Below are positions 26,242 to 40,879 of a stretch of 64,000 nt of DNA, in pieces; position 1 is the first letter of the stretch, and every line of letters begins with the position of its first letter. The position numbers and the translations under genes were made by a program. Where the stretch lies: assembly GCF_006345805.1 (NCBI RefSeq), contig NC_043011.1, positions 22,704,464 to 22,768,463 on the forward strand. The letters run 5' to 3'. The DNA is from Octopus sinensis (taxonomy: Eukaryota). The notes below the pieces were generated by a model. The model saw only the letters and a program-made list of their open reading frames with translations. It was not told the DNA's origin and made no database searches.

Positions 26242-27989
26242 AGTTAACAAGAATTGTATTGGCATTTATACATTTAGGCAGGTTTAAAGGGGTGTTGGTG
26301 GGGGACTTTTTGGGGGTAGGCATAGCGCAAAATATCATACTTGGGGGAGTGGTCAAAGAGTCAGTGTTAAATTAGATAGAAGAATAAATAAAAAAATAAA
26401 AAAATATATAAAAATATATATAAAAAAAGGGGAATAGAGTTTTAGGTAAATAAGGAGATTCTCACTTATACCTATGCACATATGTATACATATATACACA
26501 CACATACAAACATATATACATATACATACACACATACGTACACACACACATATATACATATATATACACTTACACATACATATACATATCTACACATACA
26601 CATATATGTATACATACACACATACACACACTCACATGCATACACGTATACACACATGTATATATACACACATGTATATATACACACATGACCACACATA
26701 CATATACACACAGAAAAATATATATACACATACACACACATACTCACATACACGCATACACACACATATCCACACACACATATGCACACACAGCACACTA
26801 GTCCCTATATACACATATATACACATACACACACATATACACACACATACATATACATACATATATATATATGTATATATATATATACATATGTGTACCT
26901 ATGCATACCTACACATACACACATATATATACACATACAAATACAGACCCATTCCCTAATTTTAATTTTATTATCTTCATTTATTACTTTTGTTATCTTT
27001 GATCGCTGGTCACAAACATCTTGGCTATGACAGCCAGTCCATTTATCTGTCTACTGGAAAACAAGCACTCATTTACTCATGCACACTCTTTAGCACGTAC
27101 ACTCACTCATTCGCACACTCATACACATACACGCACGCGTTATATTCATACATACATACATCTACATACATTCACGTATATTCACATACGTACGCGTACC
27201 TACAGATTCATGTCTACACTCTTAGAAGGCTAGTCTATACATATACACCAATAAATATAAATACACACACATACATATACACCTACATACAAATACATAC
27301 ATGTATATATATATACATATACATACATATTCACATATATATACATACACATATATATACATATATATATATACATATACATACATATTCACATATATAT
27401 ACATACACATATATATACATATATATATATATACATATACATACATATACACATATACATATATATATATATATACATATACACACACATACACATACAC
27501 ACATACACATACATACGTATACATACATCCATACATACATACATTTATACACATACACACACCCACACGTATACATATACGTACATATATATACGCGCAT
27601 GCATACACATACAAATACATACACATACGCATATACATATACATACATACATATACAAATATACGCACACACATACATACATACTCATATACACATACAC
27701 GCACATACACATGTACATGCGTACCCATACACACACACACACACACGCGCATCCATATATACACATAAGTACACACATGCGTAAAAGTATACATATATCT
27801 ATGCTTACACATACACACACACGTGCCTCCTTATATTCATACTTACATGCATACTCAAAAAATAAGTAAATAGTAAAATATATATACGCGCAGTTATTCA
27901 TACATGCATACTCAAAAAATAAATAATAAATATTAAGTATATGTACGTGCAGTTACCTATTATATAGACGGATACATACATATAAACTT

Positions 27990-28058
<69 letters not shown>

Positions 28059-28279
28059 TACACACATATATATACATATACATATATACATATATATATA
28101 CACACACATATACACATATATATATATATATACATACTTACACACATGTACAAATACATACACACATAGATAACTCTACGTACCTACATATACATAAACA
28201 CACGAGCGTACACGTATATATACATATACACATACACACGCATATATATACATACATACATACACATACACACATATAC

Positions 28280-28332
<53 letters not shown>

Positions 28333-28807
28333 TATACATGTGTGCAAACATACATACATACTCATACACGCACACACACTTACATATACATATATACACA
28401 CACACACTTACATATACATATATACACACACTTACACACATATATATACATACACATATACATACATACATACATACATATATGCATACATACATACATA
28501 CATGCATACATACACACACACATATATATATATACATACATACACATACACATACATATACCTATATACATGTATATATACACACACATATATATACGCC
28601 TCTACAGTTTGTATCTACACTCACATACATGCACATACACATAACTCTACATACCTACATATACATCGACATACTCGCGTACACTCATATATATACACAT
28701 ATATACATATACACACACACATACATATACATATACATATATATATATATATGTATACACACACACACACACATATATATATATATGATCCTCGGTCGAA
28801 AATTTGC

Positions 28808-28868
<61 letters not shown>

Positions 28869-29180
28869 TTTCAGCTTCGCCTTGTATTGCATATTATTTC
28901 TCCATACAGGGGTTTTTTCAATGGCGGCCCATTTTCGCGGGGTTCCACTATTTCCCTTCTCTCTCTCCCTCTTTTACGTTGTCTGCCATCCCCCCTCTTC
29001 CTTTGCTAAGAGCATTTAAGCCAGCCCGTCATATTCCCGTGTCAGGCCGAAGAACGAAATGTTCCCAAGATAAGAGAGTCTTTCTAATCTAATGTTGTGG
29101 TTGAGCTGTTTATTATTTATTATTATTACTATTATTAGTAGTATTAGTATTGTCCCTTTGATCCTCGGTCGAAAATTTGC

Positions 29181-29226
<46 letters not shown>

Positions 29227-29888
29227 TTTCAGCTTCGCCTTGTATTGCATATTATTTCTCCATACAGGGGTTTTTTCAATGGCGGCCCATTTTCGCGGGG
29301 TTCCACTATTTCCCTTCTCTCTCTCCCTCTTTTACGTTGTCTGCCATCCCCCCTCTTCCTTTGCTAAGAGCATTTTTAAGCCAGCCCGTCATATTCCCGG
29401 TGCACCCGCCCTTGCCCACCCCCACCACCAATACCGGATATCTCTATATTTTTGCTCCATCTATACCGGATGTCGCTTCTCCCACCACCATTATAGGTGT
29501 CTACTCTTCGAACCCCCCTCTTCAATACGCTATTTGACCATGCATTACCCCTCTCTTGATATCCTACGTTCTACTTGCCTAGAACCTGTCATCATTTCTC
29601 TGAACCACCCCTCCCCACTGGTGCTCCCCTATATTTCTCCCCCCCCCCCACATAAAAAGCACCATCCGAACGTGGCCGATGCCAGACCCCTCTGGCACCT
29701 GTGCAGGTGGCACGTAAAAAACACCCACTACACTCGCGGAGTGGTTGGCGTTAGGAAGGGCATCCAGCTGTAGAAACACTGCCAGACTAGACTGGAGCCT
29801 GGGGCAGTCCCGAGCTCCCCAGACCCCGGTCGAAACCGTCCAACCCGTGCTAGCGCGGAAAACGGACGTTAAATGATGATGATGATGA

Positions 29889-29925
<37 letters not shown>

Positions 29926-30240
29926 CATACATACATGTACATATACATATACATACACACATATACACACACATACATATATCAACAATTGAGGGTAAAG
30001 TTAATTAGTTATTAATCAATTTCACCAAGTATTCAGTATGTAAAAGGACCATTATTTTTTTGAGTAAATAATGTCTGAGGGAAAATATTCTCTAAGTAGT
30101 GGAAGAGGCTAAAAAACTTTTTTGGCTGCTATTTCTAGAAAGTTCAGTGTGTGGCAAAGTAATTTATTTTACTAAGCCCTAATTATATAATATTTTATAC
30201 ATACATAAATGTATAAATGCCAATACAATTCTTGTTAACT

Positions 30241-30291
30241 AGCTTCCTGAAGATTTCTCTTGAATGAAACAGTTCTAGTCCTGTAGAAGCT
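30241..30291 (+). ncRNA. Type I hammerhead ribozyme motif in a Penelope-type terminal repeat
   Basis: agcttc-CTGAAGA-tttctcttgaat-GAAA-cag(ttctagtc)ctg-TA-gaagct: full core, 6-bp stem I, stem III, GUA cleavage triplet; stem II is weak. Confidence 0.75.
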
Positions 30292-30302
30292 CCTTCTATA
30301 TA

Positions 30303-30336
<34 letters not shown>

Positions 30337-31792
30337 TTAGTGTACATTTAAGTATTTTTCATTCCCTTTGAAATTGCTCTTAACTGTGGTTGGGACTTTT
30401 TGACTGTTCTTTCTAGTATGTTAGGCAACCTGTTACAGCTTGTACACTAAATTTTTATATGAAAATTATGTCTATTGACTTTGTATATATACTAGGTCAC
30501 TGGTAGAAAAAATTTCTATAATTTTTCTTACCCTACATTAATTTTACAAAATTTGGCCTCCGTGCCAGTGGCATGTAAAAATCACCATACGATTGTGGCC
30601 ATTGCCAGCCTCGCCTGGCCGCTGTGCCGGTGGCACGTAAAAAGCACCATCTGATCGTGGCCGTTGCCAGCCTCGTCTGGCACCTGTGTCGGTGGCACGT
30701 AAGAAGCACCCACTACACTCATGGAGTGGTTGGCGTTAGGAAGGGCATCCAGCCATAGAAACATTGCCAGATCAGACTGGGCCTGGTGCAGCCTTCTGGC
30801 TTCCCAGACCCCAGTTGAACCGTCCAACCCATGCTAGCATGGAAAGCGGACGCTAAACGATGATGATGATGATGATGATATATGAAATTATAGATTGCAC
30901 TCGCATGTACATTTATACACCTGTGGAACTTAATATCATGTAAACCAAATGCCTTTATTTTTCATTTTATATGTATATGCAGATCCTTAATGCTTTGCAT
31001 GGTACTGTAGTTCTATTGTTGTTCGTGTTTTTGTTATTATGTTGCTAACCGTGTGATGCATATATTGTTTTGCTAGTATTAGTGTTATTAATAATAATAA
31101 TAATGATATTAGTAGCAATAGTGGTAATGATAATAGTAATGATGTTAATATGAATGACATTTTGTAAATTAATATAATGTACTCTTGACTTTGTATGTCT
31201 GCATTTGAGTATTAATATGTGTATGTTTTCTACATTGTAATATCATAATATTAAGTTGAAAAACTGTAACATTGAATATGGAACATATGTTTGTATATTG
31301 ATTTATATTATTATGTATATGTATATATATATGTATAGGAGTATGAGTATATGATATATTATGGGTATGTACCCACACTTGTATGGGTGTGCCTACTCTG
31401 ATATTCATATTTGATTTAGTTTGTATTTCATAATCTCCGAAGAGGCCTTGGGATATTTTTGTAAGTGTCTCATTTATAACTACATACTGACCTATCACAC
31501 ATGGCTAATATGAGCAAAATGAGACACCCATATCTGCATGGCCGAAACAGCTGTAAGATGTAGTTTATATTTATATTTTTATGTTCTCTTATACATACTG
31601 TACTTATTGTACCATATTACTCCTTCATGTACACTGTTTTGTTCTATATTATTATGTTTGACCTTAATGTTCATATGTAGTGGTTTAATAAATTATGTGA
31701 TTGGGTATTATCTGGTAGTTGATAATTGATTTAGATGTATTTCTCCATTTTCTTATTTTGTATATATATATATATATACACACACATACACA

Positions 31793-32056
31793 CTAGATGA
31801 CGCACCCAGTAATTCCTGGGAAAGCGGGGCTTATCTCTTGGTTCCGTTCTCATAATTGTTTTGATAATCCAGTAACAACAATACAAAGTATGTAGCCCAT
31901 AAAACAGTTTTTGTGCTTTTATTGAGAATACCGAACTGTCTTACACAGGATCTTATTTTTAGGAATTCCCAATAAGTTATGAATACCCAAATTGTGAAGT
32001 TAGATAGCAATGCCACAAACAAACACACCCACAGATTTCCACATAAGTAGAAGATA
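31793..32056 (-). mobile_element. Non-autonomous Helitron-type element
   Basis: Minus-strand hairpin cccaggaattactggg followed by CTAG|T at 31793-31796. Confidence 0.6.
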
Positions 32057-32408
32057 TATGCTTCCTGGAGGTGCATGGCTTAGTGGCTAGGGTATTCATC
32101 TCAATGATCATAAGGTTGTGAGTTTGATTTCTGGTGGCTGATTGTATCCTTGGGCAAGATACTTTATTTCACATTGCTCCAGTTCACTCAGCTGGCAAAA
32201 ATGAGTAGCATCTGCATTTCAAAGGGCCAGCCTAGTCACTCTCTGTGTGATGTAGTATCTCTCTGGGAACTATGTTAAGGGTATGCATGTCTGTGAAGTG
32301 CTCAGCCACTTGCACGTTAATAGCACAAGCAGGTTGATCTGTTGATCGGATCAACTGGAACCCGCAGCATCATAACTGAGACAGCGCCAGTTTTTTTCAT
32401 GTGCTATC

Positions 32409-33980
32409 CAAGATGAGATGCAGTTGAGTTTTGTGCCAAGAAGAAGCACTGCTGATGCTATCTTTCTAGTAAGGCAGCTACAGAAAAACCACTTGGCCAA
32501 AAACAAACCCCTGTATTTGGGTTTTGCTGATATGAAGAAAGTTTTTGACAGGGTGCTCTGCTCCCTTATTTTGTGGGCAATGTAAGAGATATGGATAGAT
32601 GAGTGGTTGGTGAGGGCTGTACAAACCATGTACCGGGATGCAGTCAGTAAGGTGAAAGTCGGTAATGAGTATAGCAAGGAATTTAGTGTACAGGTAGGAG
32701 TTCACCAGGGATCTATTCTCAGCCAACTCTTGTTTATCATAGTACTCCAGACCATAACAGAAGAATTTAAGGCAGGCTGACCTTGAGAACTCCTCTATGC
32801 TGATAATTTGGTTCTTATTGTTGAATCACTATCAGAACTAGATAAGAAATTTCAGGTGTGGAAGCAAGGTCTGAGATCAAAGGGTCTTAGAATTAATTTA
32901 GCAAAGACCAAAATCCTAGTAAATAGGAAACCAGGCAAATCACTGATACCTTCAGGAAGATGGTCCTGCTTGATGTAGAAAAGGTGTTAGTAAAAACTCC
33001 ATATGGTGCACCAGGTACAAACTATTGACACTTATGAAATGCAGTGGTACCTCAAGAAATTTAACAGAGAATGTGGTCTTATATGTGGCAGATGTGCAGG
33101 TACATTAAACACCAGGAATGTACCGAAAATGGACTCCTTCGAATGTTCAGGAGAATCCTCAGAAGTGGTAGACAGTTTCCATTACCTAGGCAACCAAGTT
33201 AGCAGTGGAGGTGGTAGTTCTAAAAGTGTAGCTGCTAAAATAAGAACAGGCTGGGCAAAGTTCAGAGAGCTTTTACTTTTGTTGGTAACAAAGGGTCTCT
33301 CCCACAGAATGAAACGCAGATTTATGATGCCTGTGCACAAACAGCTATGCTACATGGCAGTGAGGCATGGGCTGTGGCTAGAGGATGTATGAAGGCTTGA
33401 AAGAAATTAAGTCAGCATGCTCCACTGGACAGGTAATGTCAGTGTGTGTAAGATAGAGTGAGAGTGATTTGAGAGAAAAACTAGGTATACAAGGCATCAG
33501 ATGTAGTGTTCAAGAGAGAAGACTGTGTAGTATGGTCATGTGATGCATATGGATGAAGACAACTGCATTAATCTCTAATTGTGAAGGGAACATGTGGAAA
33601 GGGCAGACCCAGGATGATGTGAGATAAAGTGGTGAGAAAGGATTTTCAGATGTTGGGCCTCAAAGAAGAGGTGACAAGGGGAGACTAGAAGCTAAGTAAA
33701 TCATGCTATTGCTACACACCCTCTCTCAGCCAAGAGAACCTAGTCTTGTGGACTTATGGGTGCTGGTGCCATGAAAAAGTGCCTGGGCCAGTACCACATA
33801 AAAGCACCCAGTACTCTGTAAAGTGATTGGAGTTAGGAAGGGTATCCAGCTGTAGAAAGCATGCCAAAACAGTAAAATGGAGCCTTGGCAGCCATCCAGC
33901 TAGCCAACTCCTGTCAAACCATCCAACCGTTGCCAGCATGGAGAATGGACATTAAAAGACAATAACGATGATGATGATAA
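32409..33980 (+). mobile_element. 5'-truncated RTE-clade LINE (RT to (GAT)n tail)
   Basis: DEMQ..FVP.RST.DAIFLVRQLQ, GVHQGSILS, LLYAD.L, WAKFRELL; family 3' UTR. Confidence 0.9.
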
Positions 33981-34104
33981 TGGGTTGGTGCAGTACTCAG
34001 AGAACCTACCTTAAGATAGCACTTGTCAAGACAGACAGGGTGTATTAGATATCTAAACTTTTTGGGACCCATTCCTTTGTTAGTCTAATTCTTCTTCTTC
34101 TTTC

Positions 34105-34273
<169 letters not shown>

Positions 34274-35119
34274 ACTAATACTATATCTACTGACTCTGAA
34301 GGCAAAGTTAAATTAGGTAGGATCTGAACTTTAAGTGCAGAAGGTTGAAATGAATACCATATGACATTTTATCTGACATTCTAATTTTCTACCAATTCAC
34401 CTGTGATATGTATACATACATACATTTTAAACACACACAAATACATATGTGGGGAGAGAGACAGAGAGAGAGAACTGGGTTAACAGAATACTGAGGTTAT
34501 AAACTCAACTATTTACTTACAGTAATGTGTGTTTATGTGAGACTGACATATCCAGTATCTATATTTATAATAAATTCAAAATAGATATGATTTGGTATGA
34601 ATGAATGAATGACAAAAAAATGAAATTCATTTTTAAATACACTTGAAATGAAATCTCCTTAATTTAACAAAAGTGAACCCCCACCTCACTTCAAGTTTCT
34701 ATGGAGACCTGATAGCAACCAATCTCCTTTCTGCTTTCTTTTAAATCAAACAACATACCCACTATTAGCACCAACAACAACTGCCAAACAAATTGTTTAA
34801 CCTCAAATTTTCAGTATGACTAAAATCACCTCAAGACTTGACTTTTTTTTTCTCTGCAGACTATACATATCTTAACCTCAAGCTAATTTTGACTATGAAA
34901 TCTAAGACAGTGTGCTGTGCTCTTATCTAGAACAGTACATCTAATCTAATTTAAGATATTCTAATGAACCAATGAAAAGGACTTATGGTTTGACAACCAG
35001 ATCTTCCTCATAAAGTTTAGATTTGCTAAATTCACACATGCCATCTACTATGACACTATATAGCATTAAAAGGCCTTTACTAGACAACTGACCCAAGTAC
35101 ATCACATATGACTTATTAC

Positions 35120-36210
35120 TTAACCCTTTCATTACTATATTTCTGACTAAAATACTCCTTATGTGTTTCAATTAATTTCTAACATAATCATAAATTTAGT
35201 CTGGTTTCATTAAACAACTATAACTTTTTTATTTATCAATATATTAATGTGATTTTTGGAAGATAATTTAATGAAATGTTCTCAACCAATTCTATACTAT
35301 AATTTTTGTCACAAAGTGACTCTAATTGCAGGTAGATACAGGTAAATTCAACAAAATATAAAATTATTAAAATTTTGTTCAAACATCGCTATAGAAAATG
35401 GGTTATTAGCTAATATTCAATTGGGTATACAACAAAATTTTACGATAGAATTTGTTATTCTGGGTAACTTTCTGATACCCATAATAATATTTATGGCAAA
35501 ATAGGCCTTAATTTCATTTAAGGTTGTGGGAAACAACAAACTATCCTTCCTTTCTTTCGCTTTGTTTACATTTAGCGTAACGGTTCGTTTCCGCCGTAAT
35601 GATTTCAAATAGGCTCATTCGAAAAAGTAAAAAGAAATAGTCTAAGGCTTTACTCTTCTGGGAAAGTCTGTGGCTTGGTCCAGTTTCTTCAGAAAAATCA
35701 CTGAAAGAAACAGTTTTTAAATTTTCATTCCATTCAGGTGCCAATTCATTTTCTTTATCGCTGTCGGAGCTCTCGGATTCATTTTCGGAAAATGAAACAT
35801 CGGATTCATTATCAAATACCACGTGCTTTTTTTTTTTCAGTCATCGAGTCAGATTTATGAAGGTCTTCAGTAGAAAATCCTTCGAATTCTGACTCGCTGC
35901 TTGATATAATGAAATTCATATCCATTTTTTTGTCAGAATTACAAATTTTGAAAACACAATAGGAACAAATTTCGGGAAAAAATCTCCCAAAATTCACGGA
36001 ATTAAAATTACACTTCGATCGTTGTACAAAACTGTAGATGAACTGTTTACGAAGTATAATCACGTGTTTTCACGAATGTACTAAAGAGAATTGCTCTGAT
36101 ATTCTCATTTAAATATGAATAGGTAAATTCGGGCGGCTTTGGGCAGTTTGGTCACATTAACCAAAATTTTTTTCAGGCGGCTTTGGGCGGTTTGGTAACG
36201 AAAGGGTTAA
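35120..36210 (-). mobile_element. Internally deleted piggyBac (PGBD4-like) element with both TIRs and TTAA TSDs
   Basis: TTAAccctttc ... gaaagggTTAA; acidic N-terminus SESEFEGFS, ETNRYA, EIKAYFAINIIMGI. Confidence 0.9.
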
Positions 36211-38254
36211 CTCCTCAGCAATGTCCTGCAAATCACATACATCTCTTCAAAAACATCAGCAACAGTGAGAGCAGCAATAAACCAACAACAAATTGTTGCT
36301 GAACAACATACAGTCAAAACTTGAAATGGTCTTAGAAAGAAACCAAAATGTCATCATCGTCATCATCATTTAAGTTCTGTTTACCATGGTAGCATGGGTT
36401 GGACAGTTTGTCCAGGGGCAGCACCAGGCTCCAATGTCTATTCAGGATTGGTTTCTACAGCTAGATGCTCTTCCTAATGCCGACCACTCCACAGAGTGTA
36501 CTGGGTACTTTTTAAGTGGCACCAGCAATGACATCAATTCTACTGTGGTGGACAAGTCTTCTTGAGTACAGCAAGACACCAGATATCTCAGTCTTTAGTC
36601 ATCTCCTTCATAAGGTTCAGTGTCTTGAAATTGGCCTTCAATACTTTGTCCCTTGTCTTCCACAACTTCCATCCACTTTAAAGTGATCGTCACTTATGTA
36701 TGCAACTGTCCAAGGGAAAAAATTTGTCTACCTTTGGACAGTTCTTAACAACCAGAAGAATTATTATTGGAAGTCTGGACAGAAATCTACAGAGTCTATA
36801 AACTTATTAAATGCTTTCAACTCTCTCCACCAAGGTAAAAAAGGAATAAATTCTTCTTATAAATGGTATACTTCAAGAAGTAGTAGCAGTGGTAATAATA
36901 CTTGACAAGAACACAAAAGCTGAAGTATGAATACTACCATCTTAAAAATGAATAAATAAATTTGATAATGTATCCATGAATATAATATGATAGAAAAGGA
37001 AATTTAGGATAGTTGTAGTTTGAACTATAAATAATGCAGATTAATAAAATATGAAAATTCAAATTAACATTAGTGTAGTCATTCTTGTCTTTTCAGGCAT
37101 CCTGCCTAATATTGTGAACTCCTAAAGGACCAAGATACCTGGTGCCTTGCTGTACTCAAGAAGACCCATCCTCCACATTAGAAGTGTTAAGGCTGCATCC
37201 CCTGGTAAAGAGGATTGGCCTGCAAGAGTCCAATGCCAATCCCACATAAAAAGAACTTGTGCTGGTGCCACGTAAAGGCAACCGTTGCCAGTGACATATT
37301 AAAAGCATCCAGGACACACTGCCAAGTGGTTGGGCAAGCTATAGAAACCAAGCTAAATCAGACTGGAACCTGGTGCAGCACTCCAGCTTGCCAACTTTGT
37401 TCAAGCCATCCAGCTCATGCCAGCATGGAAAACAGGCTTTAAACGATGATGTTGATGATAACGAAGAATATATTTACAAACCATCACATTTAAAATGAAA
37501 TTTAGTTAGTTAAAAATCTGTGTGGGCAGACACGCATAAATGTGAGAGTTATGCAAATGACAATACTAGTCTTAATTTTACCATTAACTCTAAATGGGAG
37601 GGTAAGGAGGTGTATAACTGATTATTAGACAGTGCTCATCTAATAATATACAGAGCTGAGAGATACATGCAGACACAGGTGTAAATAGATACAGTGAGCA
37701 GTACGCAATTATAAACGATACACCAAAAGTAAAAATAAATTTCTGTGGGTTACACCTTAAAGCATCAGATCTAATGCCAAACTAAATGTTGATTAAATAA
37801 CAGTACCACATCAATTCCAAAATAACAATATGGATGTATATGTGCATGTGTTTGTGTGAGTGTGTGTGTGTGCAAAGAAATAAGAAAGCACCAACATTCT
37901 CACAGAGCAGTCCGACTGCAAAACTCTGTGCATAGGGCAGAGGTGTACAGGGTGTGCCAAGCTATTTTTAATAATGAGATTTAATGCCAACACGCATTAA
38001 TTATCAACAGCCTAACTCATTTAAAAATTCAGTTGTTGCAACAGCTGCACAAGGCTTCTCAAGTGAATGCAGTGTTTATATTGGTTAGTCACTAGACCCA
38101 TTTAATATTCCCCAAATTGGAATGTCATGTAGATGTCATGAACAACATCTCTTCCTACCAATGTTAAGTATTTGTCTGTAATGTAAATCCATGCAATGTC
38201 TGTAATATAAGTCTGTTGAATTAATGATTTTATATATATATATATACTTTATAT

Positions 38255-38451
38255 AAAGCAGCAGAAAATTCAACAAAACCTGTTACTCTGAGTTTCCTGT
38301 TGCCGTAAAAACTGTCCGATGAACGGCAACGGGAAACTTAGAGTAACAGGTTTTGTTGAATTTTCTGCTGCTTTAAATAAAGCATATTACTCTACCACTG
38401 GTATTTGAGTACTCTTTTTTCCACCTTGTTTCACATTTATGTGTTTACTCC

Positions 38452-38455
<4 letters not shown>
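38255..38455. repeat. Hairpin with about 52-bp arms plus a Penelope-type tail
   Basis: aaagcagcagaaaattcaac...gttgccgt / acggcaac...ctgctgcttt, then aataaa..ttactctacc..ttgagtact, a tail resembling 26105-26180 reversed. Confidence 0.7.
38312..38349 (+). ncRNA. Variant minimal hammerhead motif (core CCGAUGA) in a Penelope-type hairpin terminus
   Basis: ctgt-CCGATGA-acggcaacgg-GAAA-ct(tag)ag-TA-acag. Stems I and III pair; there is a U4-to-C change and one stem II mismatch. Confidence 0.5.
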
Positions 38456-38489
<34 letters not shown>

Positions 38490-38494
38490 CACAG

Positions 38495-38870
38495 GCACAG
38501 GAGTGGCTGTGTGGTAAGTAGCTTGCCTACTAACCACATAGTTCCAGGTTTAGTTCCACTGCATGGCACCTTGGGCAAGGGTCTTCTACTATAGCCTCAG
38601 GCCAACCAAAGCCTTGTGAGTGAATTTGGTAGACAGAAACTGAAAGAAGCCTGTTGTATTTACATGTACATGTTTGTATGTCTGTGTTTGTCCCCCACCA
38701 TCGCTTGACAACCGATGTTGGTGTGTTTATGTCCCTGTAACCTAGTGGATCAGCAAAAAAGACTGATAGAATAAGTTCTAGGCTTACAAAGAATAAGTCC
38801 TGAGGTTGATTTGTTCAACTAAAGGTGATGCTCCAGCAAGGCCTCAGTCAAATGACTGAAACAAGTAAAA

Positions 38871-38905
<35 letters not shown>

Positions 38906-39060
38906 TGTGTGGCAAAGAAGTTTGCTTCCTAGCCACATGGTTTCAGGTTTAATCGCAGTATGTGGCACACTAGACAAATGTCTTCTACTACAGCCCCAGG
39001 TTGACAAAAGATCCACAAGTGGATTTGTTAGATGGAAACTGAAAAGAGACCATCATGTGT
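38495..39060 (+). mobile_element. CORE-like SINE, full copy plus a partial second copy
   Basis: Matches the 62224-62633 family. Confidence 0.85.
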
Positions 39061-40879
39061 GTGTGTGTATGTATGTATGTATGTATGTGCATCATCATCA
39101 TTTAGTGTCCATTTTCCATGCTGGCATGGGTTAGACAGTTTGATCAGAACTGGTAAGCCAGAGAGCATCAGGATCCAGTCTGATTTGGCTTGGATTCTAC
39201 AACTGGATGCTTTTCCTAATGCCAACCACTCCAAGAGTGTAGTGGGTGCCTTTTACGGGTCAACAGCACTGACCACAACTACGATTTCACTTGGCTTGAC
39301 AAGTCTTCACAAGGACAGCAAATCAGCAAAGGTCGCGGTCATTTGCCATCACCTCTGTAAGACCCAACAATCGAAGATCATGTCTCACCACCTCGTCCCA
39401 TGTCTACCTGAGTCTACTTCTTCCACAGGTTCCCTCCACAAACAAATGTAGTCATTAGTTAGTTACCTTCTCGAGACATGCCAACTCATAAGGGCCAATC
39501 TCCCTGTTTCCCACCTGGACAGGATGCCAGTCCATTACAGGATTACTCATTTTTGCCAGCTAAGTGGACTGAAGCAATGTGAAATGAAGTGTTTTGCTCA
39601 AGGACACAATGAACCACCAGTCTAGGAATTGAAACTATGATCTTATGATCATGAATCAAACATCCTAACCACTAAGCCATGCGCCTCCACAGACAGATAT
39701 ACAGATATCTTGATGTGTGCACATGCCTGTTTGTGACCTCTTGTTTTAGCATGGAATGATGGTCATACAAGTGGTCCCCTTTGCTTTTAATCTCATGTAA
39801 GAAGTCATCTGGCTATGGAGAAATATAACATTGCTTGAAATCAAGTGGTTTGGCGAAAGGAAGGGGATCTAGATGCATAAAAAATATACCACGACAAAAC
39901 CCTGTCTGACCCATGCAAGCGTGGAAAAGCAGATGGTGCAACTGTGTGGCAGACTGACTGACTGATTGAAATGGGAAGGAAGGAGGGAAGGAATGGAGAA
40001 GAGAAGAAAGAAAAAAGGAAGGAAGAAAGAAAAGGAGGGAGGGAGGGAGGAAGAAAGAAAGAAAGAAAAAAGAGAGGGAAGGAAGGTAGGTAGACAAGAA
40101 GAAAGGTAGGCGGGAAGGAAGATATGTAGGAAGGTAGGTAAGTAGGAAGTGTGGGACAGTGAGAGGGGGAGAAAAAGGAAAAAGAAAGAAAGATTTGAAC
40201 TTATGAAAGGGTGTATAAACTTGACTATGTTGTTTCCATTCTGCAGAATATACAATAACACAATTTTTAAGCTTTGCAGTTATAATAACCAGCTTACAAT
40301 ATAAAAAGTCATTAGACAAGTTATGAAAAGGCTGCACTGAGCCTGTTATTGAATAAAATAAGACTTAAGTGCAGCCTTTCAGGTAGCAGAAATATAACGA
40401 GCGTAAGCAGAAGTGGAAAGGTATTTGAGAGACTAATTAAATATATTATCTTACAAGAAAACTGATAGCTATATGGAAGAAATAGCAGGCAAGGCAGTTG
40501 AAACTATACACATTTGTGTATTGCTTTACATTTATCTTTTCAGGTCATCATTTGGCACATCTTTGAATTGCTGAAACTGCAAGCCAGCTGCAGACAATAC
40601 AGACAGAGCCGAACGCTCAGAGCTTAGTTGTAGGTCTGAAAAGGAACAGCAGACTACAGCATACGAGTGATCATAAAAAACACAAATTTCACAACTTGTG
40701 AAATAAAAACACTGATGTCACTTGGCACACTGCCTCATAAAGGTCACTGCTAGCTCTCACTGCACAAACAACCATGTGTTGCCACCTGTTGGTGTGCTAC
40801 AGAACTAATCTGGTTTTTTTGGGGGGTTTTTTTTTTTTAATACTACCTCATATGTATATAAGGTAGGGGGTTCTATATG

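Larger units (their letters stand above)
26105..30310. mobile_element. Penelope-derived non-coding composite bounded by hammerhead-containing inverted repeats and filled with degenerate CA/TA microsatellite
   Basis: 103-bp perfect inverted repeats; about 2.3 kb of cryptic (CA/TA)n; an internal 240-bp direct duplication; an inserted RTE tail. Confidence 0.55.

Noticed and set aside
26353-29092. Numerous long His/Thr/Tyr/Ile or Cys/Val/Met ORFs (also near 36-838, 3371-3764, 60286-60876)
   Set aside because: Translations of (CA)n/(TA)n/(CATA)n microsatellites, which lack stop codons; no real protein signal.
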